Below, one piece after another: positions 1 through 11,729 of a DNA stretch of 64,000 nucleotides; the first letter of the stretch is position 1, and the number at the start of each line of letters is the position of its first letter. The notes under the pieces were generated by a model. The model saw only the letters and a program-made list of their open reading frames with translations, had not been told where the DNA came from and ran no database searches. Origin of the DNA: Chiloscyllium plagiosum. Taxonomy: Eukaryota. Position numbers and translations under genes: made by a program. The stretch lies in the NCBI RefSeq assembly GCF_004010195.1, contig NC_057718.1:17958373-18022372 (forward strand), given 5' to 3'.

Positions 1-103
1 AGCCTGCTGGACACACTTTCCTCATTCCTGAAGAAGGGCTCATGCCTGAAATGTCAATTCTCCTGCTCCTTGGATGCTGCCTGACCTGCTGCGCTTTTTC
101 AGC
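1..103 (+). mobile_element. Penelope-like pseudo-LTR fragment with minimal hammerhead motif (truncated by window edge)
   Basis: CTGAAGA-A-GGGC-TCAT-GCCT-GAAA-TGTC at 28-55, followed by TCTCCTGCTCCTTGGATGCTGCCTGACCTGCTG shared with the copies at 27249, 32856 and 61210. Confidence 0.75.
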
Positions 104-109
104 TACAAT

Positions 110-817
110 CTTAGTAGATCCAGTCAGCTTTGTCAAATCCAGTCAAGTATTTTTAGCTCTGCAACAGTTTGTGAGAACCATATCAAATAAGTCCCATCCC
201 AGAATGAAACCTACCCTGATTGACCACATGTTTAATTTTTGCAGTTAGTTAACATGGTGATTAGTTACTAAAACATAGTCACACAAGACTGCAGATGTTC
301 TTTAACAACAAAACCTATTTTATTACAAAATAAAACACTGCTGTATATCTAAGAAAGTTGAAAGGATGTTATCACAAACAGGAAAACAACATTTGTGTTT
401 CCTATCATAGTTTTCAAAGATACTCCATTCCAGGGTTATACCCATGTCTCCATTCTTCAAATTATTTTGCTTAACTGCATCTTCCCACTTTATTTTAGTT
501 TTGCAGTCTTTTGCTTCCTGAGTTGTCATCACAAATCTTTCAAAGTTTTGAGGGCCTAAACTTGTTTAGTTCCAACAGCTTGAAGTCTCCTATAAAGCTC
601 TCCAACTTCTTATTCCACAAACTAACAAATCTTTGGCTATGTTGGCTAGTTTTCCTTAACAAAAGCTTGATACTTCTCCTCGGAGAAACTTTTTCCCTCC
701 AAACGGAACTCCTAATTCTTCAGCAATGTTAACAGAGGTAAAAAAAAACTGTTCCCGTTGCTAAACTAATGACCTCTGGTTGTAAAACTCAGCAATGTAA
801 GCATTCCATCCATAACA
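110..817 (-). mobile_element. Degenerate LTR-like repeat (same family as 2402-2941, opposite orientation)
   Basis: 185-310 aligns with the reverse complement of about 2800-2915 (AATGAAA...TTAATTTTTGCA...CTTTAACAA); ends in CATAACA at 817. Boundaries uncertain. Confidence 0.4.
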
Positions 818-1075
818 CCACTGGTGTCAATGTTGCAATTTGAGTGAAGTCACATGCCTTCTGGGAAATGGGTATATTGAGGCCACTGTTCCAAATGACT
901 TACTGAACCTTTTTTGGAAAAAACACCAAACACCATCTATCTGCCTTTACTTGAAAATTGAAAGAGCATTTTGTCACATCTTGTTTAGAAGTGTTTTAGA
1001 ATAAATTCCTTCCATAGCGAAACATGGTTGAGGAATGTCACTGTTCCCATTGTGATAAAGGTGTATGACATATTA

Positions 1076-1302
1076 GAGCTGAAAATGTGTTGCTGGAAAA
1101 GTGCAGCAGGTCAGGCAGCATCTAAGGAGCAGGAGAATCAGGAATGAGGAAGGTGTGCCCAGCAGGCTAAGATAAAAGGTAGGGAGGAGGGACTTGGGGG
1201 AGGGGCATTGGAAATGTGATAGCTGGAAGGAGGTCAAGGTGATAGGCCGGAGTCGGGGTGGAGAGGTCAGGAAGAAGATTGCAGGTTAGGAAGGCGGTGC
1301 TG
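1076..1302 (-). mobile_element. Penelope-like pseudo-LTR fragment
   Basis: GAGCTGAAAATGTGTTGCTGGAAAAG...CAGGAATGAGGAAGGTGTGCCCAGCAGGCT is the reverse complement of the family at 1-103; the ribozyme core is deleted. Confidence 0.7.
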
Positions 1303-1311
1303 ATATTATTA

Positions 1312-1600
1312 TAGTCATAGAGATGTACAGCACGGAACCAGACACTTTTGGTCAAACTTGTCCATGCCGACCAGGTATCCCAACCCAATCTAGTCCCACC
1401 TGCCAGCACCCAGCCCATAGCCCTCCAAACCCTTCCTATTCATATACCCATCCAAATGCCTTTTAAATGTTGCAATTGTAACAGCCTCCACCACTTCCTC
1501 TGGCAGCTCATTCCATACACGTACCACCCTCTGTGAAAATGTTGCCCTTTAGGTCTCCTATCATTCCCCCCTCACCCTAAACCTATGCCCTCTAGTTCTA
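1312..1600 (-). mobile_element. CR1/HER1-type LINE 3' fragment
   Basis: AGTCATAGAGATGTACAGCACGGAA tail; reverse complement of the 3' end of the CR1 at 23485-25863. Confidence 0.85.
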
Positions 1601-1804
1601 ATTTTGTTTGGGATTTTAAAGTAGAACTAAGATGGATCAGTCCTTTTCCTTTCAGTTCTGCTCAAGTATTTCTTTTTAAGTCAGGATGTCATTTGGAAAA
1701 AACACCAAACACCATCTATCTGCCTTTACTTGAAAATTGAAAGAGCATTTTGTCACATCTTGTTTAGAAGTGTTTTAGAATAAATTCCTTTATACTTTTT
1801 CAAG

Positions 1805-2376
1805 AAAGCACATGAAATTGGTAAGGCCACCTTTGGAATATTGTGTGTAACTCTGGTCTCCTTCCTATCGGAAGGATGTTGTGAAACTTGGAAGTGTTCA
1901 GAAAAGATTTGCAAGGATGTTGCCAAGGTTGGAGGATTTCAGCGATATGGAAGGTCTGAACAGGCTGGGGCTGGTTTCCCTGGAGTATCGGAGGCTGAGG
2001 GGTGACCTTATAGAGGTTTCCAAAATTGAGGGGCATGGATAGGATAAATAGACAGTCTTTTCCCTGGGGTCAGGGAGTCCAGAACTACAGGGCATAGGGT
2101 TAGGGTGAAGAGGTCTCATATCTTTTCCCCTAAGGGTCAACTTTTTCACACAGATAGTGGCATGTGTATAGAATGAACTGCCAGAGGGAGTGGTGGAGGC
2201 TGATACAATTGCAACATTTAAAAGGAATCTGGATGGGTATACGAATAGGAAGGATTTGGAGGGATATGGGCCGGTTGCTGGCAGGGGGACGAGCTTTGGG
2301 TTGGGATATCTGGTTGGTATGGACGAGTTGGACCAAAGGGTCTGTTTCTGTGCTGTAAATCTCCATGACTCTGACT
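1805..2376 (+). mobile_element. CR1/HER1-type LINE 3' fragment
   Basis: Degenerate LVRPxLEYCV...KDVVKL coding end plus 3' UTR ending CTCCATGACTCTGACT; similar to 25310-25863. Confidence 0.85.
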
Positions 2377-2401
2377 TCAGCTCAATGCCATGCCAAATAT
2401 C

Positions 2402-2941
2402 TGTAGTGTTAATTTATGAAGTGCTCACAAAGTGGAACTTTGTGACATTCAGAGAAAACAGACCAAGGGCTAGTTTGAGCTCATCTCACCTCAGAATAGT
2501 TTACCCAAATCTTGCAACAGTGTTTAGTTTGTGGGATTTCTGCACTGGAAGAATTTGTTTTCAAGTCTTAGAATTGAGAAGTGGCTTAAGCAATTAGATC
2601 TGTAAAGAAGACTGTTGGCCATGACAAATGGAAAGAGTCAGTTAAGAAAGAAATTGCAGAGTTAAGTTGGGATTGAAAGTCTGGAAAGGATATTGCTGGG
2701 GAAAAAAGTTGTTATCCTTTTTGCTGATGTAAGATCTTTTAATTTGTATGTAAATAATTACATAAACCTTTTTTCCTTTTGTGTGATTAAATGTCTTTTG
2801 TTAAAGAGCATTGGCAGCCTGGAGCAGTCTCAGTGACTAAACAATGGTAACCAGTTGCAAAAATTAAGCTTATGATTGATCAAATCCGATTTCATTTTAA
2901 GATGTGACTTGTCCAGTATTACTGTCAGATGGGATCATAAC
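2402..2941 (+). mobile_element. Degenerate LTR-like repeat
   Basis: Ends GGGATCATAAC; homologous in inverted orientation to 110-817; no clear TSD. Confidence 0.4.
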
Positions 2942-3117
2942 GCTCTTTGGTTTCCCTTAGGTTTGTTTTAATGATTCTAAGACTTTGCCTACTATTATAT
3001 CTGAATTACTGTCTTTCTCTTCATTCATTTACAAAATGTCCCTTTTATAAATTTATAATAAACTGTCAGAAAATGTTATTATGCTTGAAATTATTTTGAA
3101 TATTTTTCATTCAACAG

Positions 3118-3215
3118 GTGAACAGTCTATCCTGATTTTATTTTTGACGTACCCACCGCAACACTTTTCAGTTGAACTTTATGGAATATACAGTGCAATT
3201 AAGATGTTTCTTGGA
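3118..3215 (+). CDS. Internal coding exon of an SLC46-family MFS transporter (PCFT/SLC46A3-like paralog)
   Basis: Acceptor tttttcattcaacAG (3116-3117), donor GTGAGT at 3216; 98 nt, phase 1 to 0. Encodes (G)EQSILILFLTYPPQHFSVELYGIYSAIKMFLG, colinear with human SLC46A1 [31 protein letters not shown] (recalled). Confidence 0.85.
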
Positions 3216-3499
3216 GTGAGTACGGAGCATGTCTGTGAAGGCTGCACATTTTTCTTGTGTTTTATTCTTCTGTCACCCATTTAGATGTGTTACTTAGATG
3301 TTTATTGGCTCTTGTGTGGAAGGGTGAATGTTGAAAGTTAACTGATTGCAATGAATGGCCTGTTTCTGTGTAAAACATTACATGCAAACAAACTTAAATT
3401 ATTTTTCCAGCACTGTTTCATAATTATACACATTCTGAAGAAAGTGTATTTGTAGGTAAGCATCAGCCTTGGTTTTGATGTTAGTGCCCTTACTGCATA

Positions 3500-3870
3500 T
3501 CTGTGATAGGACCATATAAACCTCACTGGACACTCCAATGCAGTATGGAGGGAATCTTGCATTGTCTGAGGTGCCATCTTTTCAGATGGGGCAGTAACTT
3601 CAGTCCCTATCATTCTCTTTCCAGGGATCATAAAATAACTCCGGGCACTATCGGAAGGATAATAGAGTCTGTTCTCTTAGTGTCATGGCAGAGTCTATCC
3701 CTCTATTTTATTGCTCAAAATAAATTGGATAATCAGCTTGTTAGATTATGGGATTGTGGAATATGAAAACTGACTTCCATTAACTTTTTTTCTCAAAAAT
3801 ATGTAATTAGCTGTGATGTTTCTTTTGTATATTGTTAGATATAAAAGGTTCTATTAAATGCTCTTTTCAA
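3500..3870 (+). mobile_element. DeuSINE (SacSINE1/AmnSINE-like) remnant
   Basis: TGCAGTATGGAGGGAATCTTGCATTGTCTGAGGTGCCATCTTTTCAGATG resembles the Deu-domain core. Related remnants near 22690-22915, 38020-38200, 40840-41010, 55690-55900, 57880-58000 (-) and 62590-62905. Confidence 0.6.
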
Positions 3871-4136
3871 AATCTGAGCATTCTGAATTTTCTCTTTGCC
3901 AAACCCCCCAAAAATTTGTAAGTCTTAAGATGATATTGCTCATCAGTAGCTTACTGCAAACTGATTAAATACAGAATTATTTGACTTTGCCTTTTGGTAA
4001 CTTGAAAATGAACTCAAATGTTTTTTTCCCCACTACTTCACACCATGTTTACTGTCCTTTTTTTAAACAACCTTTTCATGGGAAATCAGTGGTGTTGGCT
4101 AGGCCAGGATTTATTGCCCATCCCTAATTGCCCAGT

Positions 4137-4440
4137 GGGTGGCACGGTGGCACAGTCATTAGCACTGCTGCCTCAGGGCCAGAGACCTGAGTTCAATTCC
4201 CGCCTCAGGCAACTGTCTGTGTGGAGTTTCTCCGCACGTTCTCCCCGTGTCTGCGTCGGTTTCCTCCGGGTGCTCCCGTTTCTTCCCACAGTCCAAAGGT
4301 GTGCAGGTTAGGTGAGTTGGCCATGCTAAATTGCCTGTAGTGTTAGGTGAAGGGTGAATGTAGGGGAATAGGTCTGGGTGGGTTGTTCTTCGGAGGGTCG
4401 GTTTGAACTTATTGGGCCGAAGGGCCTGTTTCCACACTAA
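4137..4440 (+). mobile_element. HE1-type tRNA-derived V-SINE, inserted in an older minus-strand SINE (about 4085-4710)
   Basis: A box TGGCACAGTCATTAG, B box GAGTTCAATTCC, V-domain GTGTGGAGTTT...TTCTCCCCGTGTCTGCGT...GTTTCCTCCGGGTGCTCC, tail GGGCCGAAGGGCCTGTTTCCACACT. Confidence 0.9.
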
Positions 4441-6579
4441 TCTTTTTAAAAAGGTCAACCAGAAAGTTTTGGGTCTGGAGTTACATGGGGGTCAGACAAA
4501 GTAAGGATCCGATTTACTTCCCTCAAGCACAATAGTAAATCAGCTGTCTTTTTTTAAATATGAAAACTGCCAGTTGTTATATGGCTGCTACTAGATTAAT
4601 TTTTTAAAAAATTCCATATTCTCATCGAATGCAATTTTCACCAACTGCAAAGGTGAGATTTGAACCCTTGTTCCTGGTACATTAGCTTGTGTCTTTGGAT
4701 GGCCAGTCAGAGGCTGGTGCTACTGGCTGTAGGGAGTTGTCAGTGGTAACACTGAGGCCTTCATGGAGATCAGCATGGGGTGAGATGGTGCTCACAGGGA
4801 AAAGTTTGGCTGTAAAATTGGGTGAGATTGAGGGAGGGGTTAAGTACAAAGGCTAGGGGATGGCTCTTATCCATGTCCCTAGTTCTTGATTTTGAGACCC
4901 TTAATCAGACACTGCCTGTGAAATGAGGACAATACCTCCCACCACCCCACCCTGGCCAAGAGGCTCTGGAGGATGTGTTTTATGGCTTTTGAAAGGAATG
5001 GAAGACACAGGAGTCACTATTAAATCCCTTTGGACTTCCATAATTAATCTCAAGTGACCTGTTAATGACCAGAGTTTTGCAACAATTCCCCCATCAGGTA
5101 CACCATCTACATGCATTTCAGGGTAACTTTCTGTAGTTGAGAGTTGGACATGGGCCTTTTTGTCGTCATGCCCACTGGAGTGGGCTCTGCTAAATTCTAT
5201 TCTTTATCTTTTTCTGCACAATAAATTCCTCATTGAAATGCATACATAACATAGTATGGAACCGCATCTGTAGGCAGAGCTTTTTTTTAAACTTGGCATG
5301 AATATTTAGTAAGTTGTGCTTTCAAGAAGAAAGGAGTGGCTGCAGTGAGCTCCTGTCATGTTAGCACTTTGTCAAGCTCGTATCTGCAAAGTTGTGATGG
5401 TAATTTGCGCTTGTAAAAGGAATTACTCTGGAAGAGATGCATAGTGTGAAGCAAATAGCTGTGATGTATGCAAAGCTGCAGAACAGAGATAGCTCTGGAA
5501 ATCGCTGATGGAAACCTAATGGATATTGTGAGCCACTGTGAGAAATGCCTGTCAGAAGTGATATGGACATAAGGAGCAGTAGTCGCACGAGGCATGCCAG
5601 ACCCTCCCATCTATCCATGTTAAAAGAAGACTACAGGTAAAGATTAAATTGATGTACAATCTGTAGATGGTGGGAACACTTGGCTTCTGAGACTTCAAGT
5701 GACTTGGATAATGCAGGGAACCTTTCAGCAAAACCTGTAATTGGTTAGGAGTTTTTCCAGTGAGTTTCTGAACTCCAGCTGTCAGCTCGCGTGGGTGCCA
5801 GAAGCCTGCACTGAGATGCCTCCCCTGGATGATGGCATTGTCTCTCCAATTTTTAATATTTTAAAGTAACAAAATGGCCTTAGCCAATCAAACATTGCCC
5901 CCTCTTCCCCCCCCCCCCCCCCCCCCCCTTCCAGTGGTGTCTGGGGTGCTGCAGCACTTTACCAGAAAAGGAAGATCGTTTGTCCCTCTACCAGCCTTCC
6001 CAGTTCACATCACTCCAAACTCCTGGCTCCAAAGAAATGTTTGGGGGTATATTTACCACAGTTTGTGTTGTGGGAAAGTGTCTATGCTTTACTTATTGCC
6101 CATCTAGTGCTGTCCTGAAGGTTGAGAACCAACCAGATATTTATTCCTTAGACTTTTTCTTGCATTTTATGCATTTGTTCATGGTCATAGAACTTGGCAA
6201 ACCTTAGTATCCAAGTTGCCTGCAAGAGACCCAACTCTAGAAACTGTGCTTCTATAGATATTAGCAGCATTGAGAGTGGGAGACAAAAGCTGAGCATGCT
6301 GGCATTCCTACCCATTTATCATGATATTATGGTTATACATTATCTTCTATGACATGCAAATGCTATTCGGTTTTTCAGGGTCAATGGAATATCCTCTGAA
6401 GTGTAGGTTTTCCTACATTAAAGGAACATATGGTCAGCAAGATCTCATAACCATCAGTAAAATAAATAATCAAACAATCTCTTTTAATGGTATTTGCTGA
6501 AGGATAAATATTGGTCAGGATAGATGGGGAATGTTTCTATTTTTCTCAATGCAATGTCTTTCTTGAGCTTTGAGGCTTT

Positions 6580-7890
6580 CGGGTGATAAATCCCCAGGAC
6601 AAGATGATTTTCATCTCAGCTTTTTAATGGAAGAAGGCAAGAACTTTGCAAATGTCTTGTGTTAGTTCACAATTCTTTTGGTTCAGGAACCATTCCTTTA
6701 GATTGAAAATTTGTTTACACTGCTTTATTGCTCCACTATTTAAGAATGGTATGAATGTGAAACCAGCTCATCTAATGTTTGTTGTTGAAAATTATGCATA
6801 TCTCACAAATATTGTGATGATGCTGCTCCTTTAACAAGGTTATGTTGTCCTTGTTTTCTTTGGAGAGGTTGTAAAAGCAGTGATTCTGAAACGTTTGGCT
6901 TAGATGGGTTTTAGGGCCAATTTGATTACAGTTAACAGATACTGACTCCGGCATAAGGCTTTCAAGTTTAAAAAAACACTTGTGCAATGAAACGGGAATG
7001 GCCAGTTCTCCCACCCCAGCTTTTCTCTGGTTTGGTTTGGTTTTTAGCAGTCTGACTGTTCACTGAAAGCAGGCAGTCAGTTTTGAGGCTGCTGGTCCAA
7101 GAAACAGCTGCATGAAAGGAAGTCTTCCATGCTAAAGCTCACTACCATATCGGTGTCTCGCTCTCTCTCATTTTTCCTTTTTGTGCCAAATGGATGTTTA
7201 TGCAACAGCATCATTACATTGGGCCAATCTGGTGGGTTTTCTTGTAGGTTACGTTATTCTGTTTTCTTTCCTTTGTATTTCATTCAGTTATCTTAAATTC
7301 TGTTTCATGTAAAACTGAGTTGTTGGGCCAGCTGCATCCCTCCTGGAATATCCACTTTACACCTGCTTAAAACAACTAGCAAAGTTAGAGTCTAGGCTAC
7401 TTGAAATGTTTTGAGGGGGTATGGCCTAGCCCATAACAAGATGGAATGACCAAGCACCTTGACATTTTTCAGCTGATTGGAGAGAAGCTAACGCTAAATG
7501 AAGTTGCAAAGGTAAATTAATATTGTTGAACTTGATGTGATTCTTTTGAAGAGGTGACTAAATAATGAACAGCAAAATGTCTATGGATGGTATTTATTTG
7601 TTCTTACAGAAGGTGTTTGATAACTCTCCTTTTATAAGAGATTGTTAGCTAAAGCCTTAGGATTGAAGGCACATTATTGATCTGGTTAAAAGACGACTGT
7701 TTGCAACTATTGAGCTAAAGATTCTTGACAATGGGTAGATATTGTAATTGGCAGGATGTGACCAGCAGTATCTTTCAATGGGTTCATTATTCATTAACAA
7801 TTTGGATGTTAGGATTAAAGAATCAATCATCTGCATTTACCAATGCACAAGGTAGGTAGCACTTTAAGTGTAACACAAAATTACAAGATA
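6580..7890 (+). mobile_element. Old CR1 LINE remnant split by a solo LTR
   Basis: GATAAATCCCCAGGA (DKSPG) at 6585; after the LTR, TTCTTTTGAAGAGGTGAC...ATGGATG...CAGAAGGTGTTTGATAA (FFEEVT...KAFD-like). Confidence 0.6.
6813..7438 (+). mobile_element. Solo LTR (TG...CA)
   Basis: Starts TGTGATGATGCTGCTCCTTTAACAA, ends CCATAACA; flanks ATAT/AGAT; homologous end to end with 10616-11278. Strand is arbitrary. Confidence 0.75.
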
Positions 7891-7909
7891 TTTACATTTC
7901 TGAAAAAAA

Positions 7910-8870
7910 AATTGCTGTAGCTTTTCATCTTGCACTCATCAGGCCAATTCGCAAGAAATACCAGAGTATACAAAAGGAAAATGACGTTTTTATGTATGTG
8001 ATGAGTGCTTATTGATTGACAAGTAGACTCAGATTTGTTAAGTGTTGCTGAGGAAAATACATCAGTTAATGATTATTGATTGTTAACTGTCAAGGTTTGT
8101 TTAACTTTTAAACAAGGTGGTTAATCATAGGTAAAAATCTCACAACACCAAGTTATGATCCAGCAGATTTATTTGAAATTGCAAGCTTTTGGAGTGCTCC
8201 TCCTTCATCAGGTAGCTACTTTCGAATATACCTGTTGGATACTAACTTGATGTGTGGTTTTTAACTATGTCTACCTTAGTCCAACACTGGCACCTCCACA
8301 TCTGGTTGATTTAAGGCATTGCCCTGAGAATGGTGTGTCACCTATTTTGCAGAGTTGAAACAGGTACAGTGTGTGTACGTTATTTATGTCTGAAAGGAAC
8401 AGGATCCTGTGTCTTAATACCAGTGGCTTCCAGTAAATGTGAGTGTACCATGTTGAGGCTGATGGACAATCCTAAGTTAGTTGTCTGTGTAATTTGTCAC
8501 AGACTGATGTTTTGTAAATTGTTGTCTGATTGCAGATTCACATCAAATGTTGGAATTGTGAATTTTGCAAATGTAGACTGTTTGGATGCTTGTTGTGACC
8601 AGCTGAAGGGGTATGCTGTTTGATATAATCTGCCAGTCTTTGCAATGTGCTTCTATACCTAGCATCACAATATTAATTTGTGAGAGAGGCAGAACCTCTC
8701 TTTGGCTTGACAGCAGCATCCTGTTATAGCAAGCACCACTTGTTCTGCCACTGCATATTACCAGCGTAAAACAGCTAACTCCACCTGATGCCCATCTGAG
8801 GTAGACTGGATATGTTTCAGGATCAAATGTAACACCCTTAGACCTGTCCACCTGTTTTGATTATAGTGAG
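7910..8870 (-). mobile_element. Penelope-like element 3' part (degenerate GIY-YIG region and terminal hammerhead-like motif)
   Basis: Minus strand reads PETYPVYLRW...RMLLSSQREVLPLSQINIV / DARY..TLQRLADYIKQHTP; CTGATGA-GTGCAAGAT-GAAAAGCT at about 7919-7942 (-). Confidence 0.7.
8128..8302. mobile_element. Short palindromic Penelope-derived insert (second family)
   Basis: AAAAATCTCACAACACCAAGTTATGATCCAGCAGATTTATTTGAAA is inverted against TTTCGAATATACCTGTTGGATACTAACTTGATGTGTGGTTTTT; CTGATGAAGGAG core on - strand at 8200-8211; tail AGTCCAACACTGGCACCTCCAC shared with 26845-26963. Confidence 0.65.
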
Positions 8871-10615
8871 AAATGATTTGATCAGTGATGTCATTATTTT
8901 TGAAGTATGGCTTTGATGTTCTCTATTTCACCATTGAACTTGCATGGTTATCAAATAACTTTGAGCCCAATTTACAAGGTGAATGCTAGGGCCAATATTC
9001 TAGCACAAAGTATAAGAAACTCCATGCATATATTGACTAGTGAAGGTTGGTTTGTGATAGAGTAGTAGAGAATTCCCTGGTTAATTTCTCAATTGGGGCT
9101 TTGAGGTAAAGTAACTAATTTGTCTGCTCCATTTTGAAAACAAATTTGAGCACAGGATAGAAACTGTTTCGAATGTGAAATTAAGTTCTTATATGCAGTT
9201 ACAGATTCAAATGTAGCATCTGCATTGTGGAAATGTGCACGAATGAGACAATTCAGTTCAATTTAATTAAAGAAGTGTTTCTCATGGAAATTAACAAAGA
9301 TGTTTGCAGGAACTCCGCCTAGCAGGGATTTCCTGCTCACCATCTATTTGGGTTAATGTGATGTTGTTAAAATTGAACTTCATGATTTGATGACTTCATA
9401 AGTTCAATGAAAAATGATTCGCACAATTATGACAGTCCAATCATGATATAGTGGTGCAGCACAAATGTCGAAGGTTTCCTTGAGTGGCACTTTGGTTAGT
9501 GGATTATCAATATTAAATGAGCACATGAAAATTGCATTGCTACTGAATTAGCCAGTCCTGTATGAATTTCACGAATGTGAAGGAAATGCTCACTATGTAT
9601 GTGGACAACTTACTCAAAACTAGAAGTATGGCATTTTCATAATGGAGAAGGCAACTCCAAAAGACCTGTCCAGATTAATCCAATCTGGAAAATCCAACAG
9701 TCAGTTGGAGCAATATCTGCACAAACCTTATAGAGAATCTACCACATTTCTTCCACAAATCACAATGTTGCTATTGGAGATTTGAAATTAAAATAGAAAG
9801 TGCTGAAGAAACTCATCAGGTTGATCAATATTTTGGAGTTGATGTTTCATGCCCATCGGACTTTCTATTTCTGTCAAACTTTTCCAAAGTTGTGTGGAAG
9901 TTATTTGTGAATTGTAAATTAATAGCATCATATCAAAATATTCCTGTGCAGTAATGATAATATTGTAGTTCAGTAGCGTATAGATGCTATGTACTGTAGG
10001 AAAAGTACATAGTGGATAGTAGGCCAGTAGATCTTCTCCGTGAAGATCTGTTCAAGTTGCCTGTTTAATAGACTGAGTTCTTAGGATTGTGCCGAACTTC
10101 TTGAGTATTGCAGTTTTCCTCATTTAGATGAGTGAGTTTTGCATCATGCTTCTTAGCTAAGCCTTGAAGATACTGGATAGATTTTGAGCAGTCACGTTGC
10201 ACTTCATTTTTCAAAGAATATTGCAGCAATAAACAATTGACGTGATGGGGATCCGCAAGTATGTCTTTCTACCTGACTGTCACATGGTGTATCATGTGTA
10301 AATCTCTTTGCACTCCTCTCTGAAACTGCTTTCCACACTTCAAGCTGCTAGTCTGAATGAAATAAATTAACTAATGCTTCTGATGAAAGAAAAGGGAGGT
10401 AATTCAAGCCAACCTGATATGTCAGAAGATAGACCTTTGGTTGACATCAGACTATATTTTCAGAATTGCATTGTACTGCAGAATGCTAAAGCAAAGGCTT
10501 TGGTTTTCAATGAGTTGTGATATAGGAACTGTTTACAAAATTTTGGGAGAGTCCCTATTCTAGTATCCAATCTTGCTGTTTCCAATTTAAGGTGTTGGAG
10601 GTGAGCTTGCGCCCA

Positions 10616-11278
10616 TGTGATGATACTGCTCCTTTAACAAAATTGTTGTTTTTTTTTTAAAAGAAGGTTGTAAAAACAGAGGTTCCCAAAAGTCTGGGTT
10701 TGCTTGGGCTTTAGGGCCAATTTGGTTATAGTTAACAGATACTGCTTCAGCCAAAATGCTTTTGAGTTTTTAAACAAAAACATTTGTGCGATGAAAGGGG
10801 AGTAGCTAGTTCTCTCAACTCAGCTTTTCTATGAATTGATTTGTTTTTTTTTCTTGGCAGTATGGTTATTCAAGGAAAGCAGTCAGGCAGTTGTGAAAGT
10901 GGCTGGACCCAAAGAACAGGTCCAGGCTGATGGTCCTCTCTCTCTCTGACATCTCTCTTGTAGGACTGTTTTTGTTTTTGATTTTTTTTCCTTTTGTGCC
11001 AAGGGGTGTTTATGGGAATTGTTGCAAGTAAATGGAATAGCATCATTTAGCTTTGATCTTTGTGTTTTCAGATAGGTTACGTTTTCAGTTTTCAGTTTGT
11101 TTCATTTGGTAATCTTGTTTTTTTAAAAAAAAGTTTTTTTTTGTTTGAAACTACTTGGCTTGACCAGTAGCTTATCTCTTGGAGTATCCACTCTACACTG
11201 TGCTTAAAACAACTAGCAAAGCTAGGGTCTGGACTACTTACTGAAATGTTTTGAGGGGTTCTGGTCAGATCCATAACA
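10616..11278 (+). mobile_element. Solo LTR (same family as 6813-7438)
   Basis: TGTGATGATACTGCTCCTTTAACAA...CCATAACA; flanks CCCA/CCTG. Confidence 0.75.
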
Positions 11279-11729
11279 CCTGACACTCTCTCCTGCTGGG
11301 TGAAGGGTGCGTGGAAATAGGCATGTCCTAGTTCTCTGAAATTTTCATGGAGTCACGCCATGTTTTTAAAGAGTCACGTTCATGTTATAGCCAGCGTGAG
11401 AAACCTTTTTCTGAAAGGTAAGTTCAAAAACACCACCGCCTTGTGTGAAACTGACATCGCGCTCTTTTTCTTCTCCCCCCACCACCCTCAAACAATCAAC
11501 TCCTCATGCCCAAGTGCCCTCATACTAGGCTACACCTTCCTGCCCCTCACAAAGAAAGATGTTCATGGTACAGTGAAGGTATATTCCCTTCAAAGGGAAA
11601 GATAGGCAATGAGCTCTGGATTTGTTGGCCCTATTTCCTTTTCATCCATTAAAGAAAAGCATGCTTGTGACAGGTTTCTGGTGGAAAATGCAATTAAGAA
11701 TCAAGAGGCATACAGAAGGTTCAGAGAGG

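Larger units (their letters stand above)
913..1790 (+). repeat. Perfect 99-bp direct repeat (913-1011 and 1692-1790)
   Basis: TTTGGAAAAAACACCAAACACC...AGAATAAATTCCTT is identical in both copies, offset 779 bp. Confidence 0.95.

Noticed and set aside
3081..3284. 67-aa ORF as a standalone small protein
   Set aside because: Only 3118-3215 is bounded by splice sites and aligns to SLC46; the rest is intron read-through.
4137..4215. tRNA genes at the SINE heads
   Set aside because: A/B boxes run directly into V-domain SINE bodies; no complete cloverleaf.
5340..5620. Coding-looking stretch (VKGITLEEMHSVKQ... / CRTEIALEIADGNL...)
   Set aside because: Short frames ending in stops, no family I can recognise, and the SLC46 peptide is colinear without an additional exon here.
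5907..5928. Poly-C tracts (also 33519-33539) and the polyproline ORF 5874-6107
   Set aside because: Simple homopolymers of unreliable length; no splice or homology support.
6813..11278. Full-length LTR retrotransposon
   Set aside because: Outer flanks do not match (ATAT vs CCTG), each LTR has its own TSD, and the interior is CR1/PLE debris without gag-pol.
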